This document shows, piece by piece, positions 1 to 7,622 of a stretch of DNA of 21,907 bases (position 1 is its first letter; every line of letters starts with the position of its first letter). The stretch covers positions 26,661-48,567 of the forward strand of contig JBHEMM010000016.1 in the NCBI GenBank assembly GCA_046262595.1, written 5' to 3'. The position numbers and the translations under genes were made by a program. The notes under the pieces are model-generated. The model was not told the DNA's origin, did not search any database, and worked only from the letters and a program-made list of their open reading frames with translations. Source of the stretch: Vulcanimicrobiaceae bacterium. GTDB lineage: Bacteria; Vulcanimicrobiota; Vulcanimicrobiia; Vulcanimicrobiales; Vulcanimicrobiaceae.

Positions 1-170
1 GTACCAAGATTTTGGAGTCGCTCGAAGCGCGAGACGCCCTGCGCGTCGAGAACGACCACTTCGCCATCGACGACGGCGTTCGTGGCGTCAAGCGCTCGCG
101 CGCCGGCGACGATCTCCGCCGGCGCGTGATCGCCGCCCATGGCGTCGATCGCAATGCGCGGCTTAGTCAT
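1..170 (-). CDS. plsX: 5' end of phosphate acyltransferase PlsX (about the first 24 codons), continuing in frame into non-PlsX, LigD-like sequence; truncated by the window edge
   Basis: Not in the ORF track. Manual translation from ATG at 170 gives [68 protein letters not shown] is the PlsX N-terminal signature. The start overlaps the stop of the DAK2 gene by 8 nt. Confidence 0.75.
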   Translation of the reverse strand, partial: MTKPRIAIDAMGGDHAPAEIVAGARALDATNAVVDGEVVVLDAQGVSRFERLQNLG

Positions 171-1749
171 CGAGCGACATCCAATATTCGGCGTTTTTCT
201 GTCCGCCGTAGTAGTACTCGCCGTCCGCCGCCGGAAAAGCCGCGCGCAGATCCACGACCAGACGCTGTGCGTCGCGCTCCTTCTGCAAACCGCCGTAATA
301 CACGGTGATCAAGCCTCCACTCGACGCTCCCATTGCGCGCAGCGCTGCCGCAGCCGCTTGGCCGACGGTCTCGCCGGGATAAAGCACACCGCCGTACGCC
401 GCCGCCGGTTTTCCGCGTTGCACGCTCGTTCCACCGACGCTCGCGTCCTTCCCGGCAAAAAACACGTGCGCGCTTTTTCCTAGCGAGGCTGCCCCAAGAA
501 TCGCCGCCTCGTCCGGCTGCCGTTCGCCGCCCTGGCGGACGTTGAGCAAGCCGGCCAAGCCGGCGACGATATCGGCCGTCGCGATAACGAGGACGTCCCG
601 CCCGCTCAAACGTGCCGCCTCTTGCGCCGCGAGAACGACATTTTTGTCGTTCGCAAATAAATAGACGGTATCGCAAAGGCACGCGTTGATTGCGAGCACG
701 AGATCGCGCACGCTCGGATTCGTTTGCGCCGGCACCGTTACTTCGGCGCCGAGCTCGCGCGCGATTTGATCGAATCCCGCGCCCGGCACGACGAACGCCA
801 CCGAATATGCGGCGGGCCGATCGACGATCAGCACGTTGTGCTGCTGTTCCATGTTCTCCACTTTGAGGCGCAAAAGCTCGCCGTGCTTGGCAGCGGCCGC
901 CTGCACTATTTCGGGATTGTCCGTGTGAATGTGCACTTTAATGGAGGGCGCTTCGCCGGCGACGATCAGTGAGTCGCCTTTGCCTTTGAGCAGTTCGCGC
1001 AGTTCGTGGTTGCTGCAGGCCGCTTGAGCCAGAATGAACTCGGTGCAGTACTTATGCGGCCCGACGGCTTGCTGCGCCGTAAAAACGCTGGCCCGTGCCC
1101 GCCGGCGCGGAAATGCGGTGGTCCGCGCCCTCGTGTCCGGAAGAAAGCGCAGCACGCCTTCAAGGAAATAGATGAATCCCGCTCCGCCCGAGTCCACGAC
1201 GCCTGCTTCCTTGAGCGCCGGCAATTGGTCGGGCGTCCGGTCCAGCGCTTCGTTCGCGCTGCGCAGCACGCCGTTCAGGAACCGGTACAAATCGGGTTCG
1301 TGGAGCGCCTGCCGGTACGCCGAATCGGCAGCAGCGTCGGCGACCGATAGTATCGTGCCTTCGAGGGGCTTGACGAGCGCTTGCCGAGCGGCCCCGGCGG
1401 CTTCACGCATAGCGGTGGCGAGCATGAACGTATCGATCTCCGAGCGGTGCCGCACGTGGTGCGCGAAGCCGCGGAGCATCTGCGAGACGATCACGCCCGA
1501 GTTTCCGCGCGCGCCCATCAGCGCCCCGTGTGCCGCAGCGGCCGCAACCTCGCAGAGGCGCGCGTCATGAATCTTGCCGGCTTCGATGGCGGCCTGGCGG
1601 GCGGTCAGATACATATTGGTGCCCGTGTCGCCGTCGGGCACCGGGAAAACATTCAGATCGTTGAGGACGCCTTGGTATTTTCGTAGAAAATAGGCGCCCG
1701 CCGTCATGAACTTAGCGTAGGCGCGGCCGTCGAGGGCAAGCACATCCAT
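163..1749 (-). CDS. fakA: DAK2-domain fatty acid kinase catalytic subunit (FakA/YloV family)
   Basis: Motifs [46 protein letters not shown] and C-terminal GGQ. Divergent from rpmB, as in Firmicutes. Confidence 0.93.
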   Translation of the reverse strand: MDVLALDGRAYAKFMTAGAYFLRKYQGVLNDLNVFPVPDGDTGTNMYLTARQAAIEAGKIHDARLCEVAAAAAHGALMGARGNSGVIVSQMLRGFAHHVRHRSEIDTFMLATAMREAAGAARQALVKPLEGTILSVADAAADSAYRQALHEPDLYRFLNGVLRSANEALDRTPDQLPALKEAGVVDSGGAGFIYFLEGVLRFLPDTRARTTAFPRRRARASVFTAQQAVGPHKYCTEFILAQAACSNHELRELLKGKGDSLIVAGEAPSIKVHIHTDNPEIVQAAAAKHGELLRLKVENMEQQHNVLIVDRPAAYSVAFVVPGAGFDQIARELGAEVTVPAQTNPSVRDLVLAINACLCDTVYLFANDKNVVLAAQEAARLSGRDVLVIATADIVAGLAGLLNVRQGGERQPDEAAILGAASLGKSAHVFFAGKDASVGGTSVQRGKPAAAYGGVLYPGETVGQAAAAALRAMGASSGGLITVYYGGLQKERDAQRLVVDLRAAFPAADGEYYYGGQKNAEYWMSLDD

Positions 1750-1784
1750 CTCGAGCGTGGATTCTTAAGATATGACTGCGAGCC

Positions 1785-1813
1785 TTGTCGAAGGGAGCCG
1801 CCCGTGGTAGTCT
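1785..1813 (+). promoter_or_regulatory. sigma70-type promoter for rpmB
   Basis: TTGTCG (1785-1790), 17 nt spacer, TAGTCT (1808-1813), with an extended -10 TG at 1805-1806. Confidence 0.65.
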
Positions 1814-1819
1814 ACCAAG

Positions 1820-1847
1820 GTTGCCCCGCACTCCGGCGCGGGACAGC
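1820..1847 (+). promoter_or_regulatory. 5' leader hairpin of rpmB with cUCCGg tetraloop
   Basis: GTTG/CAGC and CCCGC/GCGGG pairings close C(TCCG)G at 1831-1836. Confidence 0.45.
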
Positions 1848-1878
1848 GTTGGTATTGAAGAATCGGAAAGGGAAAGCA

Positions 1879-2070
1879 ATGGCGAAGCGCTGTGAAGTCT
1901 GTAACAAGGGTCCGATGGCCGGCAATAACGTGAGCCACGCCATGAATAAAACGAAGCGCCGCTGGCTGCCCAACCTGCAGGCCGTCAAGATCAACGACCG
2001 CGGCACCGCGCGCACGGCGCGTGTCTGCACCGCGTGCTTGCGCGGCAAAAAGGTGACGCGCGCCGTTTAA
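1879..2070 (+). CDS. rpmB: 50S ribosomal protein L28 (Zn-ribbon, C+ form)
   Basis: [34 protein letters not shown]...RVCTACLR, with two CxxC pairs. Purine-rich RBS GAAAGGGA precedes ATG 1879. Confidence 0.98.
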   Translation: MAKRCEVCNKGPMAGNNVSHAMNKTKRRWLPNLQAVKINDRGTARTARVCTACLRGKKVTRAV

Positions 2071-2086
2071 GGCGCGCGCCGTTTCC

Positions 2087-2230
2087 TTATTGAGGCCGTT
2101 CTTCGGTCTCATTCACGAACTGCTGCCCCGCCAGCATGCCCGTGTCGTCTGCGACGATCACCGCCTCGCCGGGACTTTCGTCCTCGTTTTCGTCGTCGTC
2201 CGCCGGCCCCGGCGGTTCGCGTTCTTCCAT
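2087..2230 (-). CDS. small acidic hypothetical protein (47 aa)
   Basis: Manual translation gives MEEREPPGPADDDENEDESPGEAVIVADDTGMLAGQQFVNETEERPQ*. An AGGAG RBS lies just upstream. It fills the gap between rpmB and the upstream minus-strand gene and is shorter than any ORF in the track. Confidence 0.6.
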   Translation of the reverse strand: MEEREPPGPADDDENEDESPGEAVIVADDTGMLAGQQFVNETEERPQ

Positions 2231-2253
2231 CGGCTCCTGCTTTCGTTTCGTTT

Positions 2254-2673
2254 CTAGTCCGCGTTCGGCATCGTGCCCGTGCCGCTCGTTCGCGCACCCG
2301 TGTATTCGCCGGTCTCGTCATCGGCGGTAAAGCCGGTGCCGCCGGTTGCCGTTCCCGTGATCAGCGAGTTGCTTGCGGTGCTTTGCGTCTCCATCGTTTG
2401 CGTGCTGTCGTTGAGGCGGCCGTTGTACTGCGTGACGACGGTGCGCACCGTGAGCGGGTCGCCGCCGTCGATCTGTACGATCGCGCCGCTCGCATACTGT
2501 GTGTGATTGCTCTCACCGCTGAAAAAGCTTTTGATGCTTTCCCAGAAGCTTTGGCCGTGCGATCCTTCGCTGCGCACGTCGACCTCGCAGCCTTGCGCGC
2601 GCAGGTCTTCCGCAGCCCGCCGGGCGTCGCTCTCGTTCGTGAAATACGCGCTCGTTCCGTAGTCGGAATTCAT
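2254..2673 (-). CDS. hypothetical protein, YflT/general stress protein 17M-like (139 aa)
   Basis: Strong RBS AAGGAGG before ATG 2673. Pattern YFTNESDARRAAEDLRAQG...SFWESIKSFFSG...YASGAIV resembles the YflT-type domain. Low-complexity Thr/Gly tail. Confidence 0.6.
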   Translation of the reverse strand: MNSDYGTSAYFTNESDARRAAEDLRAQGCEVDVRSEGSHGQSFWESIKSFFSGESNHTQYASGAIVQIDGGDPLTVRTVVTQYNGRLNDSTQTMETQSTASNSLITGTATGGTGFTADDETGEYTGARTSGTGTMPNAD

Positions 2674-2738
2674 CGTGAACCCTCCTTCGGAGAAGTTTGA
2701 GTTCCTCGGCATCCTTGTTCCCGCCGGAGCGGCGCGGT

Positions 2739-2760
2739 ACGCCGGACGAACGCCCGGCGT
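2739..2760 (-). terminator. GC-rich hairpin downstream of the lipoprotein gene (possible terminator or 3' stabiliser)
   Basis: Minus strand ACGCCGGGC-GTTC-GTCCGGCGT forms a 9 bp stem with one G-U pair, 16 nt after the stop at 2777. No U-tract. Confidence 0.3.
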
Positions 2761-2776
2761 CTCGCTTGCGGAAAGG

Positions 2777-3481
2777 TCAGTACGAGAAGTGCACGCTGGG
2801 CAGCGAAGAGGCCGCCGGATAATTCGGCCCCCACTCAAACCAGATCACTTCGTGCGCATAGAGCGGTATCGCATGCGGATCGCCCGTGTACTGCACGTAG
2901 GTCGTGTTTGAAACAGTCTGATCACCCTCACCTTGATAGCGCGCTCCCGACGTATAAACGCGCGTTCCGGAAACCGGCTGGCCCCAAATATCGAGATATT
3001 GCCCGAGGGTGTGCAGCGAGGTCGTGCGTGAGGCGGTTGAAGGGTCCTCGATATGGACGACGCCCGAAGCGTCGTGCGTATGCAGGTAGTAGAAACACGA
3101 CGCCGTGCTGACAACGCCGCCGGAATCTGCGCCGGGATTGTTCATACCGGTGCCGTCGGGAAGCGCCTCCTCGCTGCCGTTATTGATCAGGCCAACAAAA
3201 ACGTGCACGTGGTAATGGGCTTCGTCCATGGTCGCGAGGCACGGGATGCCGTCGATGGTCTGACCGCTGCCGCCTGAGGAAGAATCGCCGTCGGCCGGCG
3301 TAAAGACGTTGTCCAAGCCGTTTACCATGCCCGACGAGCCGGCAACGCTCGCCGGCAGCCCGGCGCCGCCGCCGTTCCCGCCGCCGGGGGGAGTGAAAGA
3401 TGAGCCGCCGCCGCCCCCGCCGCATGCCGCAAGCAGCGCTGCGAGCATCAAAGCGGAGACTGCCGGAAGGAGATTTCGCAT
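2777..3481 (-). CDS. uncharacterised His-rich lipoprotein
   Basis: Signal peptide with lipobox LAAC, Gly/Ser linker, and motifs HYHVH, YYLHTHDASGVVHIE and LGQYLDIWG. Confidence 0.8.
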   Translation of the reverse strand: MRNLLPAVSALMLAALLAACGGGGGGSSFTPPGGGNGGGAGLPASVAGSSGMVNGLDNVFTPADGDSSSGGSGQTIDGIPCLATMDEAHYHVHVFVGLINNGSEEALPDGTGMNNPGADSGGVVSTASCFYYLHTHDASGVVHIEDPSTASRTTSLHTLGQYLDIWGQPVSGTRVYTSGARYQGEGDQTVSNTTYVQYTGDPHAIPLYAHEVIWFEWGPNYPAASSLPSVHFSY

Positions 3482-3487
3482 GCCCCC

Positions 3488-3493
3488 ATGCTA
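3488..3493 (-). promoter_or_regulatory. -10 element of a probable leaderless transcript
   Basis: TAGCAT lies 6 nt before the ATG at 3481, with no clear Shine-Dalgarno. Confidence 0.5.
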
Positions 3494-3536
3494 CGCGGGG
3501 GCGCACGCCGCGGTTAGTGCCGTCAGGGGCAGTCCG

Positions 3537-3983
3537 TTAAGGACTTGCCTCCTTTTGCGCGTGCAGCTGTAATTGCTTTAAGGCGAACAGCGTGCGGGCA
3601 ATTTCCTGCGGCTCCAACGTAATCAAATACTCCAGCCGCACGTGCGAGCTATCAATCGTCTTGACCAGCACCGCGCACAACACGGGGCCGCGTTTCGAGG
3701 GAGCGAACGAGAGGCTTAGCAGTCCGCCGGCCAGCAGGAAGCTTTCCGAAGGGCCGTTACCAGAACCAATCTGCGCGAGATAATCGCGCACTTCAAAAAG
3801 TTCGTAGAGCTCGATCCGCATCTCGAAAGCAGCTTCGACCTCCCCGGCGTGCGCGTTCACGCGGCAGTGCATGAGATCCAGGCCCGCCGGTTCGGCGCGT
3901 TCGGGATGCACGTAATCCAGAACGTCTATCTGCACGTGCGGGCCCGCTTCCGGGCCGAACCGGATGGCCAACGGCGTGAACAT
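3537..3983 (-). CDS. hypothetical protein (148 aa)
   Basis: Protein-like composition. Its ATG overlaps the pdxK stop (TGATG coupling). Confidence 0.75.
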   Translation of the reverse strand: MFTPLAIRFGPEAGPHVQIDVLDYVHPERAEPAGLDLMHCRVNAHAGEVEAAFEMRIELYELFEVRDYLAQIGSGNGPSESFLLAGGLLSLSFAPSKRGPVLCAVLVKTIDSSHVRLEYLITLEPQEIARTLFALKQLQLHAQKEASP

Positions 3984-4939
3984 CAGCTGTAAATGATTTT
4001 ATGTTTCGGCGGCGCGAATTTCAACCGCGGGCCGTCCAGAGCCGTCGATTTAATCGATTCGCTTTCCACCGTGGAACGTTCGCAGAAACGCATCGTGCGG
4101 TCGTCGTCGATCTGATATCCGAGCGGACGCCACTTCTCCAGGGCCGCAACGGGATCGACGGTCGCGCCGCCGTATCGGCTCGTGTTTGCCACCGAACGCG
4201 CGCATAGCGTCGTGGAGAGCAGCGCCGCCGCGAACGGCGAGGCGCCCAGCGCCATGAAGATACCCATGGCTCCCGCGAACGTATCGCCCACGCCGTGCGC
4301 GGGAAACGTCGGATAAAACGGCGCGAGAATGCGGTGGTAGCTGTAGCCGTTGGTGAACAGCACTTTCAGACGGTGCTTCTCCGCATCGCGTTCGTAGGAG
4401 GTGATCGCGACGGCTTGCGGCCCGAGATCGAACATGCCGTTCAAAAACGAATGTTCGGTCGCTTTTTCATCGCCCGTCAAGCCCAGCAGCACTTCCGCCT
4501 CGAACCGGTTCGGCGTGACGATCTGCGCCAGCGGCACCAGCGCGTCGCGGATCGCGCGCGCCGTTTCCGAACTGACGAAAAGGCCCTTTTGGTAATCGCC
4601 GATCACGGGATCGAGCAGCACGACGCCCTTATAGTCCGAGAGCTGGGTGGCGATGATATCCACTAGGCTCGGCTTGGGAACGTAACCGATAACGAGCATC
4701 GCCGGACGCTGACTGATCAAGAAGGCCACGTCTTTGCGGAACTGCTGCGGCTCGGCGATCCAGCTCGCCCGGCCGGAGAACGCACTGTGCGCGCTTGCGT
4801 ACGCGGTAGGCGCGCTCACGACACGCGCGCCCAAGCTGTTCGCAATCGCGCACAGCGCTTGGTTTCCGATAAAGCCCATGCCGACGGCGTTCTGAATGGA
4901 ACCGACGAGCGGGTAGGTTTGGACGTCGTCGCGATTCAC
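3983..4939 (-). CDS. pdxK: pyridoxal kinase / PfkB-family B6-HMP kinase
   Basis: SIQNAVGMGFIGN, LLDPVIGD, IVTPNRFEA and anion-hole HGVGDTF. Confidence 0.8.
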   Translation of the reverse strand: MNRDDVQTYPLVGSIQNAVGMGFIGNQALCAIANSLGARVVSAPTAYASAHSAFSGRASWIAEPQQFRKDVAFLISQRPAMLVIGYVPKPSLVDIIATQLSDYKGVVLLDPVIGDYQKGLFVSSETARAIRDALVPLAQIVTPNRFEAEVLLGLTGDEKATEHSFLNGMFDLGPQAVAITSYERDAEKHRLKVLFTNGYSYHRILAPFYPTFPAHGVGDTFAGAMGIFMALGASPFAAALLSTTLCARSVANTSRYGGATVDPVAALEKWRPLGYQIDDDRTMRFCERSTVESESIKSTALDGPRLKFAPPKHKIIYS

Positions 4940-4957
4940 GTTCGGCCGTTACGCTTT

Positions 4958-5971
4958 CTAAGGGACATCGCGGAAGTGATCGTAGCCCGCCGGCACGAGC
5001 GGCGTTTCGCTCACGCCGTTAATCACCGCCGCCCCGCTTCCCTCGCGGAATCGGCCCACCGCAATCAGTGGCGAGCCGAAGTGCGCTTGGAAGCGGCGCG
5101 CGAGATGGGGGAACGCGCGCTTTGAAACGGCCGCAAGCAATTCAAAATCCTCTCCGCCGGCCAGCGCGAACGCATCGGGGTCGGCGCGGAGCTCCGCTGC
5201 GCACGCGCGAGCGGCAGCGGCCACCGGAACGGACTGCACCACCGCGCCGCACTGCGAGCGTTCGCACATGCGCGTCAAATCGGTTGAAAGCCCGTCCGAG
5301 ATATCCATGAGCGCGTGAACGTGCGCGCTGGCGGCGAGCCAGCGGCCTTGCGCCAAACGCGGTTGCGGCCGGCGGAACGCATCTAATGCGGCCTGCACGT
5401 GGGCAACGGGGGCCATCCGTTCGCCGGCGTAATGCAGACCCGCGCGGCTGCCACCCAGCGGCCCCGTGACCGCGGCGATATCGCCCGGACGCGCTCCTCC
5501 CCGCCCTTTGACGTTAGACGCACGCACTTCGGCGACAAGCGTGACGGCGAGAAACAACTGCGCGGCCGCTGTGAGGTCCCCGCCGGCAACGGTGCAGCCG
5601 AACTGCGCGCCGCAATCCGCCAAACCGGCGTACAGCGCAAGCACATCGTCATGCATCGTTCCGGCAGGCACGCCTAAAGCGACGGTGGCGAGAACCGGCC
5701 GCGCACCCGCTGCCGCAACGTCGCTTAAATTGCTCGCCATAGCGCGATAGCCGGCGTCGTGCAAGGTCATCAAATCGCGCCGAAAGTGCACGCCTTCAAC
5801 CAGTGCGTCTGTCGTGATGACGCTGCGGTGGGAGCGCGAGGGTTGCCAAACCGCCACGTCGTCGCCGATTGGGTTGAGGGCACGGCGCGGCGCGTTCGCG
5901 CCCTCGAGCAGCCCCCGCATGCGCGCGATCAGCGCGTCTTCGTCAGAAATTCGCGTGTCTTTTGCCCGCAT
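4958..5971 (-). CDS. thiL: thiamine-monophosphate kinase
   Basis: IGDDVAV, TTDALVEGVHF, NLSDVAAAGA, GGD, MDISDGL, GGEDFELL and GYDHF. Start placed at ATG 5971; the track's upstream extension lies inside rpe. Confidence 0.95.
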   Translation of the reverse strand: MRAKDTRISDEDALIARMRGLLEGANAPRRALNPIGDDVAVWQPSRSHRSVITTDALVEGVHFRRDLMTLHDAGYRAMASNLSDVAAAGARPVLATVALGVPAGTMHDDVLALYAGLADCGAQFGCTVAGGDLTAAAQLFLAVTLVAEVRASNVKGRGGARPGDIAAVTGPLGGSRAGLHYAGERMAPVAHVQAALDAFRRPQPRLAQGRWLAASAHVHALMDISDGLSTDLTRMCERSQCGAVVQSVPVAAAARACAAELRADPDAFALAGGEDFELLAAVSKRAFPHLARRFQAHFGSPLIAVGRFREGSGAAVINGVSETPLVPAGYDHFRDVP

Positions 5972-6582
5972 TCTCCGCCGTCGAAGATTGCCGAACCGGC
6001 GACGAGCACGTCCGCTCCGGCGTCCGCAATGGATCGCGCATTCTCCAAATTGACGCCGCCGTCCACTTCGATCTCGAATAGCGCGCCGCTGCGCTCGCGC
6101 AGCCGGACAGCTTGGCGTACTTTTTCGATTGCGTGCGGTATGAACGCCTGTCCGCCGAAACCGGGATTGACGCTCATGACGAGCAACAAGTCGAAGCTGC
6201 CCGCTAAATCTTCCACCATCGCCACGGGCGTCTGCGGACAGATCGATATGCCGGCGCGCGCGCCGCCCGCACGAATGTGCCCGAGCAGCCGGTGGGCGTG
6301 CGGCGTGGCTTCGAGATGAAACGTGATGATATCGGCGCCGGCGTCGCGGAAGTCGTCGACATAACGCTCCGGCTGCACGATCATCAAGTGCGTGTCGAAC
6401 ACGAGCTTCGAGTGCGCCCGCAGATCCGCTAGCACTTTCGGTCCCCACGTTATGTTCGGAACGAAAACGCCGTCCATAACGTCGATATGAACGTAGGATG
6501 CGCCGCCGCGCTCGATCGCCGCAACCTCGCTCGCGATGCACGAGAAATCCGCCGAAAGAATCGAGGGCGCAAGTTTGATCAC
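5929..6582 (-). CDS. rpe: ribulose-phosphate 3-epimerase
   Basis: LAPSILSADF, HIDVMDGVFVPN, DTHLM, MSVNPGFGGQ, EVDGG and VAGSAIF. Confidence 0.98.
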   Translation of the reverse strand: MIKLAPSILSADFSCIASEVAAIERGGASYVHIDVMDGVFVPNITWGPKVLADLRAHSKLVFDTHLMIVQPERYVDDFRDAGADIITFHLEATPHAHRLLGHIRAGGARAGISICPQTPVAMVEDLAGSFDLLLVMSVNPGFGGQAFIPHAIEKVRQAVRLRERSGALFEIEVDGGVNLENARSIADAGADVLVAGSAIFDGGECGQKTREFLTKTR

Positions 6583-7622
6583 GCGTGCACGCGCGGGCTC
6601 TTGGGAACAGCCTTGTGCTCGTACGCGTTCGGCGGCTCTTGCCCGACCTTGGTTTGCCCCAGCAGCGTATCGTTCACGAAGAAATAGATCGCCGAGGTGC
6701 CTATCGTCGTCACGTTCAAATCGAACTTCTGCCCCGGCTGCGCGTAGGTGCTGAAAAGATCGTAGCGCCCCGTCTCGTCGCTGACGGAGAAGCGCACCCG
6801 AAGCGGATGCATCTGGCCGGGCTCGGCCGGAGGCACCGCCGCCAAGACGTGCGTCTGATGAATCAAACGCCCCGATTCGTGGACGCCGGCGCTTACGTCG
6901 AGCGATACGACGTCGTATGCGCCGATGATCGATCCGGCGGCGGGAATCTGATGCACCACTTCACCGTGATGCGGGCCGTTCGGGCCGAGCGGCGTCCACA
7001 CGACCTGGCCGATCTTGATATGCTCCGAGGCGGCAAGGCCGCGCGCTTCGTCGATATTCAACCCGGTAAAGGCCGGCACTTTGACCGACGTCGCGCCGCC
7101 TTTGCTCACCAGCACGGAAACCGGCGAGCCTTCCGTTACGCTGAGCGAAGGTTCCGGTTTTTGCGAGATGATATGGTCGGGCGGAATGTCTTCGCTCTTG
7201 ATGTAGGTGATCTTCGCAAGGTCGAGCCGCGAATGCGCAAGGTCGAGCTTCGCATCGCGCAGCGATTGATAGCGCACGTCAGGCATGATCATCGTCTGCA
7301 CGCCGTCGCTCACGACGAGTGAAATCTGCCGCCCCGCGCGCACGTGCAGCCCGGCCTGCGGCTGCTGATTCATCACAACGCCTTTGGGATACACGGGACT
7401 TGGTGCGTGCCCCGCAATCGTGCTTCTCAGTTTCATGCGCGCGATTTCGTTCACCGCATCGGTTTGCGGCAAGCCGACGAACGAAGGGACGGTCACCGTG
7501 TTGGGGCCGGGCAGCAAAAACTCTTCAACGGAGTGGCCGAACCACACCAGCACGCCGACGAAAGCGGCAAAGACGAGCGGGAAAATCCAGTCGCGAGGAA
7601 CGTAACGCTCGATATCCGTCAA
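6579..7622 (-). CDS. membrane-anchored protein with 3 PASTA domains and a C-terminal beta domain, no kinase domain
   Basis: N-terminal TM helix (WIFPLVFAAFVGVLVWF). Three PASTA-like repeats begin VPSFVG, MPDVRY and VPAFTG, each with a QxPxxG-like segment and a V-S ending. The TTG start overlaps the yebC stop. Confidence 0.88.
   Translation of the reverse strand: MTDIERYVPRDWIFPLVFAAFVGVLVWFGHSVEEFLLPGPNTVTVPSFVGLPQTDAVNEIARMKLRSTIAGHAPSPVYPKGVVMNQQPQAGLHVRAGRQISLVVSDGVQTMIMPDVRYQSLRDAKLDLAHSRLDLAKITYIKSEDIPPDHIISQKPEPSLSVTEGSPVSVLVSKGGATSVKVPAFTGLNIDEARGLAASEHIKIGQVVWTPLGPNGPHHGEVVHQIPAAGSIIGAYDVVSLDVSAGVHESGRLIHQTHVLAAVPPAEPGQMHPLRVRFSVSDETGRYDLFSTYAQPGQKFDLNVTTIGTSAIYFFVNDTLLGQTKVGQEPPNAYEHKAVPKSPRVHA

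Noticed and set aside
2057..2084. Direct repeat CGCGCGCCGTTT x2 and hairpin at the rpmB stop, as a possible att site or terminator
   Set aside because: Short, low complexity and GC-rich, with no integrase or mobile genes and no convincing U-tract.
2087..2673. Small acidic ORFs as RiPP precursors
   Set aside because: No modifying enzymes, transporter or leader motif nearby, and the M16 peptidase is 14 kb away in an unrelated unit.
3360..3422. (GCC)n-like repeats
   Set aside because: They simply encode the Gly-rich lipoprotein linker and are not a repeat array or contingency locus.
4958..6541. 527 aa ORF suggesting an N-terminally extended ThiL or an rpe-thiL fusion
   Set aside because: The extension is Arg-rich off-frame sequence within rpe. 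ThiL homology starts near ATG 5971, so these are two genes overlapping by 43 nt.
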